A stretch of 64,000 bases of DNA from the human T2T-CHM13v2.0 reference genome, Homo sapiens, in assembly GCF_009914755.1 (NCBI RefSeq), contig NC_060925.1. One strand, 5' to 3'. Both the position numbers and the translations under genes were made by a program. Below are positions 12,450-27,071 of the stretch, piece after piece (the first letter of the stretch is position 1; every line of letters starts with the position of its first letter). The notes beneath the pieces are model-generated. The model saw nothing but the letters and a program-made list of their open reading frames with translations. It searched no databases and was not told the DNA's origin.

Positions 12450-15400
12450 CTGGAAGGCAAACGACACTGTGTTTACAGTGGAAGGGGAAAGAGCATGCAC
12501 AGATCCGAGAGCAGGCTCTAGGCACAGGATGCTGACAAGGTCACCCCTTTGGAAATCACTTAGACCACCTTCCCATTTTATAGGGGAGAAAATGAAGGCT
12601 CAGAGAGGTGAAGTGATGTGCACGAAGCCCCTCAGGCCCCTGATGTGACATTGGACTGGGTTTTTCTGATTCTGAAAGCAGGGTTTTTCCATGATGCCAG
12701 GCTGCCCTGTGGTTATGGGGCACACACAGCACAGCCAGGGAGGTGTCTCAAAAGCAATGTTCCAATAACATTCCCTCTGGAAGGCATCTGCCCCTGCCTT
12801 TTTGTCCCTTGCTGGGCATGTTGGATCTCTTCACCCACACCACAACGAGAGGTGACTATGTCTCAGCTGCCAGGTCACCAAGAGCACGATGAACTCCAAG
12901 ACCTGGGGGAAACCCACTTTTCTGAATGGGAAGAAAATACAGCAACCTCAACCTCAGAACCCACCCACACCTCGTGAGTGCACAGTCCCCAAATAGAAAG
13001 CGGTTTTAGGGGCATTTGTAACCCTCTCCACCATCCTATATGGTCACTGCCCTGACTGGGGATGGTTTTGCTGGTAGGGAGATAGCCTAGTCTTTTTTTT
13101 TTTTGGTTGCTATTTTGAGTTTCCATGGAAAGTGAGAAAGGAAAAAATAATTTTCTGAAAAAGCGTGGTCTGTGTGCTGTGTGGCTCATGGAGAGGCTGA
13201 GTGGCTGGCACAGGCAGTGGCTAGGCAGGCTGGCGGCTGGTAGAGTCATCACCCGGCTTCCTTTCCTTCCCTACTCTGAAGGCTTTTGTGAGGCTCAGCT
13301 TGGAAGTTGGAAGCCCTTTCTGCCATCTCAGGACTGTCATTGCTGCGTGCCAGCAGGCTCTAGCCACGGTGTTTTCTCTCCACAAACACCACTCTCGAAT
13401 TTCACTGTATCAATCCATCAACAGATATTTACTGGACACCTTCTGGGCCCAGGGCACCATGGGAAAGTAAGCAGAGATATAAAAATAGCCTCCTAATTCT
13501 GCTAGCCCATCCAGTTGCTGTTGGGCTGCCCTAGTCTACCACTAAATGAACAATTTAGAGGCTTCCCCTGCCCAAACAGAGCAGAGCACACACAGACGCT
13601 GGGAACAGGAGCATGGAGGATGGAAATCAGAGAAGCAGAGGTCTAAAAGGAAAAATCGCACCAGAGACAGCATAGTCCTTTTTATACAGGGGACTTCTGT
13701 CTTGCCAGGCAGCTTATAAAGGACCCGGAACTAGCCTTCTGGACGATCTGGCTGGATTTCTATGAGGACTTTATCCATCTTCTCCTTCTATCTCCCAAGG
13801 CCAATCCCCTTTGTGGCCAGCTTCTTCAGAAAAGAGGTGCGACCTCAGTGAGGAGGAGTCAGAGGGGCAGAATTCTACCAGCTGGACTCTCCCTTGTGGA
13901 GTAACTAAAAGTTTCCAGTACTTAGAGGAAAGCACTAATTGGATAATGTGAGGGGCAGCTAAAGGACCCGGGATCAATCAGCTTCTGAAAGACGTCTGCA
14001 TTTAAAAAAAGGGTGGCATGGCATGGAAACATATTGAAAGGAGTTTTGCTAAAACATTATTTATGAAGGACAGGATTCCAGGTGACTTTTTTCCTTCTCA
14101 GTATATTTTCTAAGTTCTCTGCATTAAGCATGTATTTCTCTTGTAACTTTAAAAATACATTTTTAAAGTGTTACACGGTAGTTTCTATGTGCAATCCAGA
14201 AAAAGTGGGGAGAGTCTTCTTGGGCCGTGCTTTAACTTGGGAGGACACCAGCTTTGAGGTCCTTGCTGTTCCTGTGTAGGAAAGAGAGCAATGCCCTTGG
14301 TCAATCACCTAGGTTCCTCCTAGAAGCATCTGGAGGCTGCCTGGGACAAGTCTGCCCAGCAAAGCCTCACAGGCAACCCTGCACGCCCTCATCTCTGTGG
14401 CGACTCAATGGAAAGACAGAGTTTCCAAATACAAAGCAAGACCTATTGACAGAGGCATCAGGCCAAAGCCAGCAGCCACCGAGCAGACTGTGGAGGAGGT
14501 GACTGGTCCCAGGGACACCCCACCACGAGGCCACATTTTTGGAATCTCTGTACACAAACTCTAATTTATAGCTGTCTGGGATTATCCTCCCAGACAGAAT
14601 ACATTTGTCCAGTTCTGGCACAGATGTGTTTGATGCATAATGGAAAATTAAAAGAGAGGTTGCAATTTAAAGCCATCGGGCAATGGGAAAAAATCTGCGC
14701 TTGCTCATCCATGCCCCTAACCCCCAACCACACGGGTTTCCTCCTGGGTCAAGGAAACTGTGGCTTAGCTGAATGTCATCACTGTGTGGAAGGGAATCCT
14801 CCCAGCAGGCTGCTGCCGGCTGTGTCAGGGATGCTGTGGGTAAGGACCCGGCCAGGGTTGATGCTGCTTGTGACAAGAGACAGGGCGATCACTGCTCTGG
14901 AAAGTGGCATCGGCACAGACCACACAGCACTTTGGTCCTTTTTAACTCGCCATTCCTTTAAGATTCATGGAATGCTCTGTGTTCACTGGGCTTTGATCAC
15001 AGACTAGAAATTGCTTGAAAAAAATTCACACCAGTTCCAGTCCAGTCAGGAACAAAGTGAGCATGTCAGTGTCACTAAGTTCTCAACATTCCCTGTATTC
15101 CATAGAGCTGGAGGAAATGGTCTCCCCAAAGACCTGAAGGAAGTCTTCAAACTCTCTAATCCTAAATTTTAACCCGATGAGGCCAAAACTGCCTCACGCC
15201 CACATTCTCTCTTCTCCCTTTAGTCTCAACCCCTCTTGCATTCAGACATAACATTGCACCTCAGCCAATGTTAAAACAAATAAGAAATGGGAGGCTACCA
15301 TTTTTTTTTTAACCTTTCCTTCTTCTGCCCCCAGCCACATCTCCCTTCCCTGTCTTTCTTCCTTGCATGTTTATTAAGAATAAACTACAGTCCAGGCCAG

Positions 15401-16368
15401 GTACTGTGCTCAGTGTCAGGGAAACGATGATGAAAAAGACATGGTTCATAGTCTAATGTGGTAGATAGTACATAAAGTACTAAGTGCACTATAATGCAGG
15501 AAGTGTGCTGAAGAGGAACAGCATGCACACTGCCAAGGGATTGGAGCAAACTGTAGCCACTGGCATGCAGGAGGAATCATTAAATTTTAATTTACATCTT
15601 TAAGAATGAGTGAGAAGTCACTGGGCAAGGAACGACTGGCAGCAGAGGCGAATTCCAGGCAGAGATGGTAGTACAGAGGTTCATTTCCTTACCTCGATGC
15701 TGTGTTTGTTAAGGAGAGTCTGGGGGAGGTCGGAGGTTGGGGCTTGAGAGGGTGTGGGACAGACCATGACTCGGCTTCTACTTTGTTTGCTACCATCTTG
15801 GAAAGCCCATAGCAAGGTCTGCCTGAGGGGAGGAGGGACAGAAGCCCACACTTTGATGGAAACCATCAGGAGCATGAATGTTACCTGGAGGTCAGACATA
15901 GCAGGGAGCCAAAGGGAAAGGCTTGAATGGCTGAGGACCAGGGACAGGACACCAGGGGAGTGGACGTGGAGAGCTGTGAGAACTACGAACTCACTGTACT
16001 CATTGAAGAACTTTGCTGAGGGCTGCCCTGCTTCCAGGACCAGCGCCAATCCCTGTGCCTTTGGAACAATTACAACTAGAAACATTGTTGTTTTTCTGGA
16101 AATGGACTTTTTCATACAGAAGCAAAAGTTGGACTTTGATGTTAATCCTTTAAAATACACTTATTGAGCAACTACTATGAGTCAGAAGCCAAGGTTTCAG
16201 AGATGAGGAAAGTCCAGTCCTTCTTCTGGGGCTCAAGGAGACGCTAATCCCCACTGGGTGGCCCAGGAGGGAATCCAACCCTGCAGGTGGGAAGTCAATC
16301 CAGAGGCAGCCCACCAGAATGCACATGAGAAATTGCCAGAAAGCACCATTTTTTGAGTCCTCCCTCCC

Positions 16369-16659
16369 TTTTTTTTTTTTTGACAAGGTCTCACTCTGTC
16401 ACCCAGGCTGGAGTACAGTGGTGCCATCACAGCTCACTGCAGCCTCAACTTCCTGGGCTCTAGCGATCCACCACCTCAGCCCTCCAAGTAGCTGGGAATA
16501 CAGGCACACACCATCACACTAGCTAATTTTTGTATTTTTTGTAGAGATGGGGTTTTACCATGTTGCCTAAGCTAGTCTCGAACTCCTGGACTCAAGTGAT
16601 CTGCCCACCTCAGCCTCTCAAAGTACTAGGATTACAAGTATGAGCCACCGCGCCCAGCC
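16369..16659 (-). mobile_element. AluJ-type SINE
   Basis: Poly-T plus both Alu arms. Confidence 0.92.
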
Positions 16660-17843
16660 TCATCATTCCTTTTCTGAGGACCGGTTGTATGTGAGGTACT
16701 CAGAGAATGTGATAAAATAGTATTTAAGGGCAAGAGTGTGCCAACTGTTAAAAAGAGGACAAGAAAAATACTTAAAAAAAAAAAGAAGATAAGAATGCAG
16801 GGAAAGGAATAGATAGTGACAATAATTCCAAGTCATTAAATAGGGGATCATCACATATGGTTATAGTACGTATTGTCTTGGGCAAGTTCTTTCAGTAGCT
16901 AACCATATTCCAGAGAGTTTGGAGGACACGAAATTGCAAATTGTAAGCATATGTCTTTAGTGAAAACAATGTGTGTTCTAAAACTCAAGAAACAGAAGAA
17001 GGACTGAAAACTTGATTAGAAAGCATTTAAAGCAAAGTGGATGGACAAAAAGTTTTCTTTAATAATGGCTATCTGCCAAAAAAAAGTCATCGTGCATGAA
17101 GCAGAGCTTGCTAATAGATTTCAATTTTATTTTACTGTACTTACTTCCATTTCCTGGGATTGCTGATGAGATGTCCTATCTTGAGGACATATTTTTTCAT
17201 TTTAAAAAAAGACAGGTTTCACAAATTGCAAACATGGTCCCTAGGCAGGCGCTGCGGTTGGAGTGGGGTGGTGCTGAGATGCAAGAATGCAGAGATCATT
17301 CCCCATTCTGGCCTCCCCAGTCTGCCCAGCTGTCCTCCTTTTCCTGGAGGTTAGCCAACCAGATCACCAAGAGCAAATACCTGCTATCCACTTTCTAGTG
17401 ACTAAGTCCAGCAAAAAAGCCCCCTTTGGGGGTAAAAAGCATCATTTAGGGAAGTTCTAGACAGCATGTGCACTGATACCTAAGTGGGAACCACAGGTCC
17501 TGGCCCTCAGATGCTCCAGCTACAGTTTCAGATCCTTCCTGCCCCTGTGGAGGTCTCTGTTCTTGCTGTTCCCTCCTCCGCCTCCCCCTAGCTGACACCC
17601 ATTCACAGCTCTAACATTAATTCCTCAGGGAAGCCTACCATGACCTAGATAGGTACCTTCTTTTATATCTCACATAATGTTTTCTACTTAAATATGCCCA
17701 TATTTTGTAAATTAAGGCCTAAGCTCTGTGAGGGCAGGGACAGGGTCTATATTGCTGTTTCCCAAACATAATCCCCTCTGCCCTGCAGAGTGGGCTCCCA
17801 ATAGACATTTGCTAAATGAGTGAATGGAGGACCTTCACAAAGA

Positions 17844-18236
17844 TGCTATAGACTGAATTGTATCCCTCCAACCTGCAAAATTCACAGGTTGAGGCCTAAT
17901 TCCCAGTGTGAGGATATGTGGGGTTGGGGCTTTGGGAGGTAACTAGGTTTAAATGAGGTCATGAGGGTGGGGCCATCATGAGGGACTAGTGCCCTTATAA
18001 GAAGAGACACCAGAGAGCTTGCTTTCTGTCTCTCCACCATATGAAGACATGGCAAGAAGGTAGCTGTCCACAAGCCCTCACCAGGGAGCCCTCACCAGAA
18101 TCCAACCTGACTTCCAACCTCCAGCACCTGACCTCTGACTTCTAGTCTCCAGAACTGTGAAAAATAAATTTCTGCTTCAGCCACCCCACTCTGTGGTATT
18201 ATATTTTTAAAATGTCAGCTTGAGCTGATTAAGACA
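17844..18236 (+). mobile_element. MaLR solo LTR (MLT1A/B-like)
   Basis: TG...CA termini, tgctatagactgaattg start, aataaatttctg, ends taagaca. Confidence 0.8.
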
Positions 18237-18576
18237 GGCTGACAGGAGCAATTGCGAACAACCTCCTTCACAAGTCTCCAAGGGAATACTTCACAAAGTG
18301 CTATTTTCAAACTCATCTGCACCTGGGAAACACTGCAGATACCTTCGAAGGCACTGTGTGAACACGCTGTTGAATATGCTCAGCAAAACACATGCCTCAG
18401 AAACAGAAAACAAAAGTAGAGCACATAGTATCAGTTCTGTGTTTTCCTAAGCCTGCAGGAATGTGTGTTGTGTACCATCCACGGATACAAAGAATAAATC
18501 TACACAATGTAAATCTACACAATGTATACATGCCTTCCACTGGCAGGGGCATATGAACACAATACAATTATAGCGC

Positions 18577-18605
<29 letters not shown>
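18577..18605. repeat. (CA)n microsatellite
   Basis: About 14 CA units. Confidence 0.95.
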
Positions 18606-18607
<2 letters not shown>

Positions 18608-19725
18608 GCATGCTGCACTCAAATGAAAGAATGAACAAAATCAATTCTGTATTCTTGCTTCTCCAGGGTGAATACTAACTCATTTGCAATTCTCTTCTTT
18701 GGGATGAAGTCACAAAATTGGAAATGATGCTTCAACCCTAGAATTTTCATTAAATGCTTTTAAGCTAATACTTGCTCTTGGTGGCAATTCTCATCCCCAT
18801 TGGAATCACATAATGAGCACTTATGATTATTGATCTGATTGTAAACCCCATTATGATACCTTAAGGGTAATGGAGTCTCACCCTCTTAGCAGGCAAAAGT
18901 CAGAAGCACATTTGCTCTGGAAGATGATCTGAATTTTCTCAAAGAGGAAAACCAGCTCCCAAGATTTTTATTCTGTTATGCAGTAAAAGCAAGTCAAGGA
19001 TTCAGATGGCATTTCTTCAAAATCAAGGGTTTTATCAGAAAAAATACAAGAATTGAATGCCATATGACATCTATGTCAAATGGTCTCCGAAGGACCTCGC
19101 TACCTTGGCCTTCATCAGGACCAGGTGAGTGGGAACTGAGAGGCAGGACTGTGGCAGCCTGTGGCGATGAGAAGGCTGTGTTAGTCTGGAAATGCATGGC
19201 AGCTCCTTTAGGTACCAGTGTTTCTGATCTCCCCATTATTTTCCTCATGCCATTTCCTAAGAAAAAGCTCACAGTAAGAAAAACTTCCTTCAGGTAAGAG
19301 TATATTTTATAATTGACCAATGCTTAATTCTCTGCAGTGATGGAAGGGTGGTGCAATTCAGGCCACAATAAAATCAGGAGTGTTCCATTCATCTCTGCAA
19401 AGAACACTGGGCTATACATTTGTGCCAGATGCACCTTCAGTTTGTTTAAATTGTTATAAAGTTAACTTGCATGGGTCAACCAACATTGCTGGGGGCAGTT
19501 TAGAAGTGCTGGAGAAATATAAGCTCAGGGGAAGGAAACTAACTTGGGATGAAAAGCTTGCTGCAAATGATAGAGCAGATAATTTACATATAGACAGTGG
19601 AAAATGTGTTGTTTATTTGGTGATTATACATAATGTCTTTTCTCTTAACAATACAGGGAGAAGGAGAAGGAGATTAGGGAACATCAAGAATTAGGAGAAA
19701 GACGATGGCTGTGTAGTTTTCTTGC

Positions 19726-20011
19726 TTTTTATTTTTTTGAGATAGGGTCTTACTCTGTTGCCCAGGCTGGAGTGCAGTGGCCTGATCACAGCTCACTGCA
19801 GTCTTGACCTCCCAGGCTCAATCCATCCTCCCACCTCCTCCTCCCACTACAAGCATGTGCAACCACATCCAGCTATTTTTTTCTATTTTTTGGTAGAGAT
19901 GGGGCCTTACTTTGTTGTCCAGACTGGTCTTGAACTCCCGGGCACAAGTGATCCTCTTGCCTCAGCCTCCCAAAGTGCTGGGATTACAGGTGTGAGCCAC
20001 CATGCCCAGCC
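19726..20011 (-). mobile_element. AluJ-type SINE
   Basis: Alu arms; TSD-like tgtagt(t/c)ttctt on both sides. Confidence 0.9.
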
Positions 20012-21489
20012 TATGTAGTCTTCTTTATACTATACAGCAAAATGAAATGTCATAGACTACTGGCTAAGGATTCCAGGGAGCAGATGGCTTTCTCAAATGA
20101 AGATCAAATATGTACAGAACTAAAATCTGGTCTACCAAGTCACAGAAGTGAACTGAACTCAATGTCTGCCTTACTTACCTCATCAAGGGGATAAGCCCGG
20201 AGAGGAAAAAAATGGTCTTTTCTAGGTTCAGCGGACCTCCTCCTTGGAACATCCAGCTGGCTCTCATCCTAGGCCTGCCCTCTGCATATATAATCACTTA
20301 TCTTGGAGGCCACAATGACTACTGTGACATCTCATCTATATAGAGCTTTACATAAGCAAAGACAACACATTAAACAATATTTATTTATAGTGGTTGGGAG
20401 AACTACTTTGGAGCAGATAAACAATTCTTAATTATTGATCAATAAATAATGATCTTCATCCAGTTTTAGTTGTTACAGAATGACAGTGGTTAAAAAAATG
20501 TTTCAAATGGAACTAAGGCTAGATTAGAAAAGCCAAAACAATTTGTTTACTAAGAAGTTAGCATGGGTGGAATCTAGCAGAAATTGTGAAAGTCTAGCTT
20601 GGTGCTCTATAGAGATTTTTCTTAAAAGCCATTTTACCAGGACCTGTTTGAGGTCAGGAAGGTGCAGCACTGGTCCATTCACAGAAGGCTAGATAGACTC
20701 TGGCGGGAGCAGGGAGACAAAGTCGGCTTCCTGGATGAGTGACAGCAACTTCCAATGCACCCCTGGCCCTGCTCAGCCTTGCTCTGCCACCCCTGTTAAT
20801 AAGCTGACTCTTTCCCAATCACCATTACGATGTGGAGGACAGAGCTTGGTACACATCCTGGAATATCTGCCAACTGTTCTTCTAGAAATTCACCTCTTCT
20901 GGGTGTTCAGAATATATAATGATGCCCTTAGGGTAATAAACACATGCGTGCATACGGTACGTAGGTGTAAAGGAGTTGTAGTGGATAAAAATGGGGGTTC
21001 TACGCATTTGGGTTTGAATCAGACTCTGGCACTTACTGGTCCTATAATCTTGGGCAAGCCACTTAACCTCTCTAACCCCAGCTTCCTCATCTGCAAAGTG
21101 AAGGTAATAATAGTGCCTCCTAAAGAGACTAAATGAGTTCATGTTACACACTGAGAACAGTAAGTGCCTCACACTTTGTGCTATTATGTTGGTAGACTTG
21201 CTAATGTTACCTTCAAACCGAAAGCTTAATCTTCAAGATAGGAAACATCGCTCCCATGGTTCCAATAATGTGGTTTGCTGCAGCCGTCCTCTACTAATTT
21301 TTATTTTAGATCCACACTCCCTCTTTCCATGACAGCTGGAATTCCTTTCGGTTTTCTAAATCTTCTATACTAGAAAGTCAGTAGCCTTTTGTGGAAACTA
21401 TGTCTCCTCTCTTTAATGTTTTTAAGACCCCATAAGAGAAAAATATGAATAGATATATTTATGAGTGAAAGAATAACTATATTTAGGCT

Positions 21490-21700
21490 AGGGCTGTCAA
21501 GAAGACCTTTCTCCAATGATGTAAATGTCCTATATCTCTGCTGTCCAGCGTTGTGGCCACTAGGCACCTATGGCTATGGAGCTCTGAAATGTAGCTAGTG
21601 GGACTGAGAAAATGAAGGTTACATTTTATTTAGTTTTAATTAATTTAAATAGCTACATGTGATCAGTAGCATAGTCGCCGCATTGGACAGTGCAGGTCTA
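21490..21700. mobile_element. MER3-like hAT-Charlie MITE
   Basis: gctgtcc...gtggccactag...ttggacagtgcag termini. Confidence 0.75.
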
Positions 21701-22978
21701 GAATTCACAAGTTTGTCAGAGCTTCAACCTTCCTCTCCGATAGTCTGTAGACTTGGAGTGGTTATGAGTACAGACTCTGGGGACACACATAGAGACACAG
21801 CTCTGCCACTGGCCAGCTCTCAAGTCTCTTCAATGCTTCAGACCTCTGTTTTCTCATATGTAAACTGGGGATGATAACTGCTACTATTTCATAGGGTTGT
21901 TGTGAGGATTAAATTAGTTAATAAATGCTTAGGAAAGCAGCTGGCACATAGTGTACATTTATATAGTGCTTACTATTCTTCAAGTTTTTGCTCCTGAAAT
22001 TAACTTTTTAAACTGTCTCTTGATATATACCCTTTCTCAATTTCCATGTTACTTTTCCTCTGCCTGAAACTGATCAGCAGTGTTCCCAACCTCTCTCCTT
22101 CCTGCTTCTTCTCCCATATGCCTTAGTATTTTTAGGCATCTCTTTGTACCTGTTTCTGGAATGCATCAAGACTAAATCTGACACTGAATATAATCTCCCT
22201 GATCACAGGCTTCAGATTTTCCAAGTTAGCAGCATTTCTTATACCTTATATTCTACACGTTCCAATAAATTAAAACAATGAAAAAAGCATGGGGTTTAAA
22301 GTCAGAAGACCTGGGACATACCACCTACTGTGCCTGACTTTCAGCTTTCACAACTGTAAAATGGGAATAATTACACTATTTCGTGAGATTGTTGTGATTC
22401 ATGATCAGGTGGGATAACGCATATGAAAGCACTTCGTAAACTGAAGCATTGTTATTTTTGTTCCCAATCAAATTCAAAGAGGATGAAAAAGGCAGGCCAA
22501 GGTAACCCGAGGTAATTCATCTGTAAGATGTGCTCCCAGCCCATCTGGTATTTCCATCTTGCTGGCAGCATTCTCTCTTTAATTCCTTAGCAACCATGAC
22601 ATGATTTGTTTCAGTGCTCAGTATAGCATCACTTGTTTTAAGGGAGCAGCTTCGCGATATTAACTGTCAAGGTTGGGGGATAGAGGTTACGTTCTCTTTT
22701 GTCACACATGGTTGGAGACCCAAAGACACTTCATGGCTGATGTTCTAGAACAACAAGGTGAAATGCAATGAACAATGGACAGGTGGCCTCCCGGTAATTC
22801 CAGAAAGCATCAAGTATTAGCGTAAAAAAGAGACTTAATAAAGGTAAAGTGGTAACTGAAATTAAAAGAACTGCCAAAAACAAGCCGAGTGAGTAAGCCA
22901 AGAAGCAGGGCACACCCTGCTTCAGTCAGAAACAAGTGCCACTGCTGAATCTCTGACCTCTTCAGGCCACATCTAAAA

Positions 22979-23121
22979 CAGGGGTTCTCAAAGCATGTTC
23001 CCAGACCAGCAACACGAGCATCACCTGGGAGCTTGTTAGAAATGCAGACCCACTGAATCCGAATAGAGCTGAATAAGCTCCCTATGTGATCTGTACGCAC
23101 GTTAAAGTTTGAGAGGCACTG
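22979..23121. mobile_element. MER5A-like hAT-Charlie MITE
   Basis: caggggttctcaaa...tttgagaggcactg TIRs; agcatcacctgggagcttgttagaaatgcag. Confidence 0.8.
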
Positions 23122-24352
23122 ATCACCAAAGGTTTTCCCATTGCTTTTCCTTGGCCTCCACTTAGTAGCACAGAAGTGGGAAAGGAAATAAACAGATCCT
23201 GCTCCAGCGTCAGTGCACACAACTACCTTAGCTGGAGCCATGCTTAACTCTATTAGGTACTGAGGGATTGGGAGAAAGGGGATGCCAAAAGGACACAGTC
23301 CCTGCCCTCAAGGAGCAAAGACTAAACAGGGAATAAATTCTAATCAAAGGCAAAATGGAGGCTAAATAAAGGCATGAGTGCCTCAAGATCAAGGGCTGTG
23401 TCTTAATCATCTTTGAATTCCCAGCACTTGGCAGGGAACGGTGGAGGAAGTGATCTCTCCTTTTGACTCCATGCCCTTGATAAACTCCAAGCCTCTTGCT
23501 ACCTTGCTTGCTTAGCTGGATGTAAAACACCTGCCTGCTTTGTTGTGACTTTATGAACCTCTTGGATTCTAGATTCTACTTTCCCATTTGTACTTCTAGT
23601 ATTTAAAAACAACTATTACTGATATGTTATTATTTACTGTATGCATGAACCATACTTATAACCTTACATATATTAACTCATTTTATGTGCACAAAGTTCA
23701 CAGATATTAGTAGTTTATTATGTCCATTATACAGATGAGAAAATGGAGGCTCAAAGAGGTTAAACAACTTGCCCAAAGTCCCCTAGGTAGTAAAGAGTGG
23801 AGGCAGGAATAGAGTCAGGCAGTATGATGTCAGTATCCACTGCCCAGGTTTTGGATTCCTGGATTTGAACTGCCACGCTGCATAGGTCTGTCCGAGGTCT
23901 ACCGGAACCCTGGGACCATAGCTGTGGCTTCTTCAGACTGTCCCCTCTTGTAGGCTATCTGTTCCTCCTAGCAATTCTAGGTCCACACTAGGGGACACTG
24001 GCCCCTGGTACTCTCTTTCCACCTTGACAAAAATCAGAAATGAAGATTCTCCTCCAGCGAGGCTGAGAACATTCCTATCTGCCTTATGGGCTGGTCTCCA
24101 AAGAATACTTTCTTTAGGTATTTTTTCCTAAACCAATGTCTCTGACAGGTGATTGCTCTGAAGTTACTGTTTGAAATAAGTTTGGGAAAGAGTGGAAGGT
24201 GACCTCTATGAGATTCATGTGAGTCAAACTTCTTTGACTCCCAAGCCTGCAAGACACTGTCTTTCTTAAATGTACCTGTTAGGCATCCCCAAGTGAAAAC
24301 CCAAAGCTGTATTAATAATGGTGAGAAGGAAAGGAGGGCAACTTCAGACTTG

Positions 24353-24362
24353 CCATATATGG
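24353..24362. promoter_or_regulatory. Palindromic consensus CArG box (CCATATATGG) in TSPAN2 intron 1
   Basis: Exact CC(A/T)6GG in apparently non-repetitive DNA with nearby AP-1, TEAD, SOX and FOX-type motifs. Confidence 0.45.
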
Positions 24363-26347
24363 AATCTGCTTTTCAACAATGAACAGCTCTGCTTCCTGTG
24401 GGTCAGTAACGCTGAGCAGCTAGTGCAGCACAATGATAGGAAAACACTGACCATACAACAATAAACCAAGGAATAAACAGCGCCCAGGTTTTCCTTTAAG
24501 CCAACATATGCGGCTTGGTGGGGGTGTAGTGTTTTATTTATATTGCTATGCAACGTAGGAAAAAAAAAGGTGATTTCAATGAAAGGCACAGGAATATGCT
24601 GTGCTATCTGATCGCAGGTCTGAATTTAGACATGACAGATGTTGGGAGGGGTTTCACATTTGACATCAACCACGATAAGAGAAATTAATGTAGTGGGGTT
24701 AATGGCTAGGCTTTATTTTGTTTTTAAAAATTCAGTGGTGAGTACAGTCAGCGGCCCTGGGCCAGGGAATACTGTGCTGGCTCTGGCAGGGCCTGGTTGT
24801 ATGTTTATGAAACCAGGAGCACAGCCTAGGGAAACTTAAAGCAAGCTGCCAGAGGAGGCTGCAAATTGATCTGTTAAATCGCAGATCACCAAACAGAACC
24901 TGTCCCACCTCTATGCTTACTTCTGGCGAGGTTCTGATTGGAAGGAAGTGCTGTCACCCAAGGAACCCCGTAACTCCGAGGGGCAGGCACATGAGCTTCT
25001 AAGGGTGTGTGTAAATTTATACTTCAGTCACAGCTAAAGTCTGGCCTTCTAGGAAAACTATCCCCCACCCCTTTCCCAAACTTCCCACGAAGCCCTCCAA
25101 CCACAAAAAAACAACTTTAGAAACTTGAGTGGGGCTTTTCTGGAATCAGGTTCCCTCAGTTACAGTGAAGGCAGATATCTAGATACTTTATCCCACACTT
25201 TCCCTTAAGTCATGAGGTGCCTGTTTCAGTTGCCTCTTCGCTCTAGTTGCTGCCTCCACCCCCACCCCCCATGAAACTGGGGTAGAGGAAGGTCCTTCAT
25301 GTCCTACTGCATGCCTTCTATATGCTAGGCACTATTCTAGCACTGGGGATACAGCTATGAGCAAAACAGAAAAAACAAAATTCCTGCTCTCAGAGTGTTT
25401 TAAGTTCTAGTGGGGAAAATCCACAAGTACAAATTGACAAGATAAGGTGTAGTTATCCTCAAATGAAGACAAATGGCAAGTCACTTGGCAAACTTATATA
25501 CTATTCCCCACCAAGAAAGGAATCAGGAGAAAGAGAGCTAACATTTATTGAATGCTTCCTATGTGCCGATAACAAAAATAATAATTAATATTTTTGAGCA
25601 TTTACTATGTCCTAGGCTCATAGGAAGTTGAGGTCACATACTTTATATATTCCCTCTTAATCCTCTCAATATTTCTGTTACTCCAATAGCACAGATGAGA
25701 AAACAAGCCTAGAAGTAACAATAACTTGCTCAAGTACACCCTGTTTGTGCAGGCACGCCCTGCTTGGGATCTCTGCACTCCAGCCTGATGGCTTCGACAG
25801 TCAGATGGTGGCGCACACTCCCCCTTGCTCTGCTCCTCTGCTGGTGGATGGTGCGTCACCCCCTCGCTTTGCCCAGCTCCATTCTACCAGTCCTTCCAGG
25901 TTTAGCTCGAATAGCTCCTTCTTAAGGAGAACTTTTCTGGCTCCTCATCATGACTGTGATCCTTTCTCTAAACTCCTTACTTAGATCACATATAGAGAAG
26001 GTCGGATCTAACCTCACTGGTTAACACATTCAAGCACTTAAAACTGCACTGCTCCTACTTCCTTTCCTTACTGTGCTTACGGTCAACAGTGTGAAACTTG
26101 TCACTTGATTCCACACTGTCTTATTTTTGTGTTGTTCCATATCCACTGGTCTCGTTTCCTCAATGAGATGAGCAGCTTAGGGAACTGTGTTTATATTTAT
26201 AAATTATTATTTGTTTAATCATTGTTTAACAGAATGGGTCTCAAATTTGAGCATGGATCAGAATTATGTGAATGGCTTGTTAAATTAGATTGCTGGATCC
26301 TACCCCCAGAGTTTCTGATTCAGCAAGTCTGGGATGAGCTGAGAATT

Positions 26348-26655
26348 TTGTTTGTTTGTTTGTTTGTTTTTGAGATGGAGTTTCGCTCTTGTTGCCCAGG
26401 CTGGAGTGCAATGTGGCACCATCTCAGCTCACTGCAACCTCTGCCTCCCGGGTTCAAGAGATTCTTCTGCTTCAGCCTCCCAAGTAGCTGGGATTACAGG
26501 CACCCACCACCATGCCCGGCTAATTTTTGTACTTTAGTAGAGATGAGGTTTCATCATGTTGGCCAGGCTGGTCTCGAACTCCTGACCTCAGGTGATCCGC
26601 CTGCCTTGCCCTCCTAAAGTGCTGGGATTACAGGCATGAGCCACTGTGCCCGGCC
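26348..26655 (-). mobile_element. AluS (Sp/Sq-like) inserted in a MER5-type element
   Basis: (TTTG)n tail, full Alu, TSD-like tgagaattt on both sides; MER5 halves at ~26232-26347 and ~26656-26732. Confidence 0.92.
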
Positions 26656-26770
26656 TGAGAATTTGTATTTCTGACAAATTCCCAGGATATGCTGATGCTG
26701 CTGGCCCAGGAACCACTTTTGAGAACCACTGGTTAATTGAATGTACCACAGTGCTTAAGAGAAGGTAGGC

Positions 26771-27071
<301 letters not shown>

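Noticed and set aside
15681-16167. Overlapping 159-aa and 137-aa ORFs in intron 1
   Set aside because: No recognisable homology or exon signals; consistent with chance
18497-18526. 15-bp tandem duplication aaatctacacaatgt x2
   Set aside because: Ordinary slippage duplication next to a CA microsatellite
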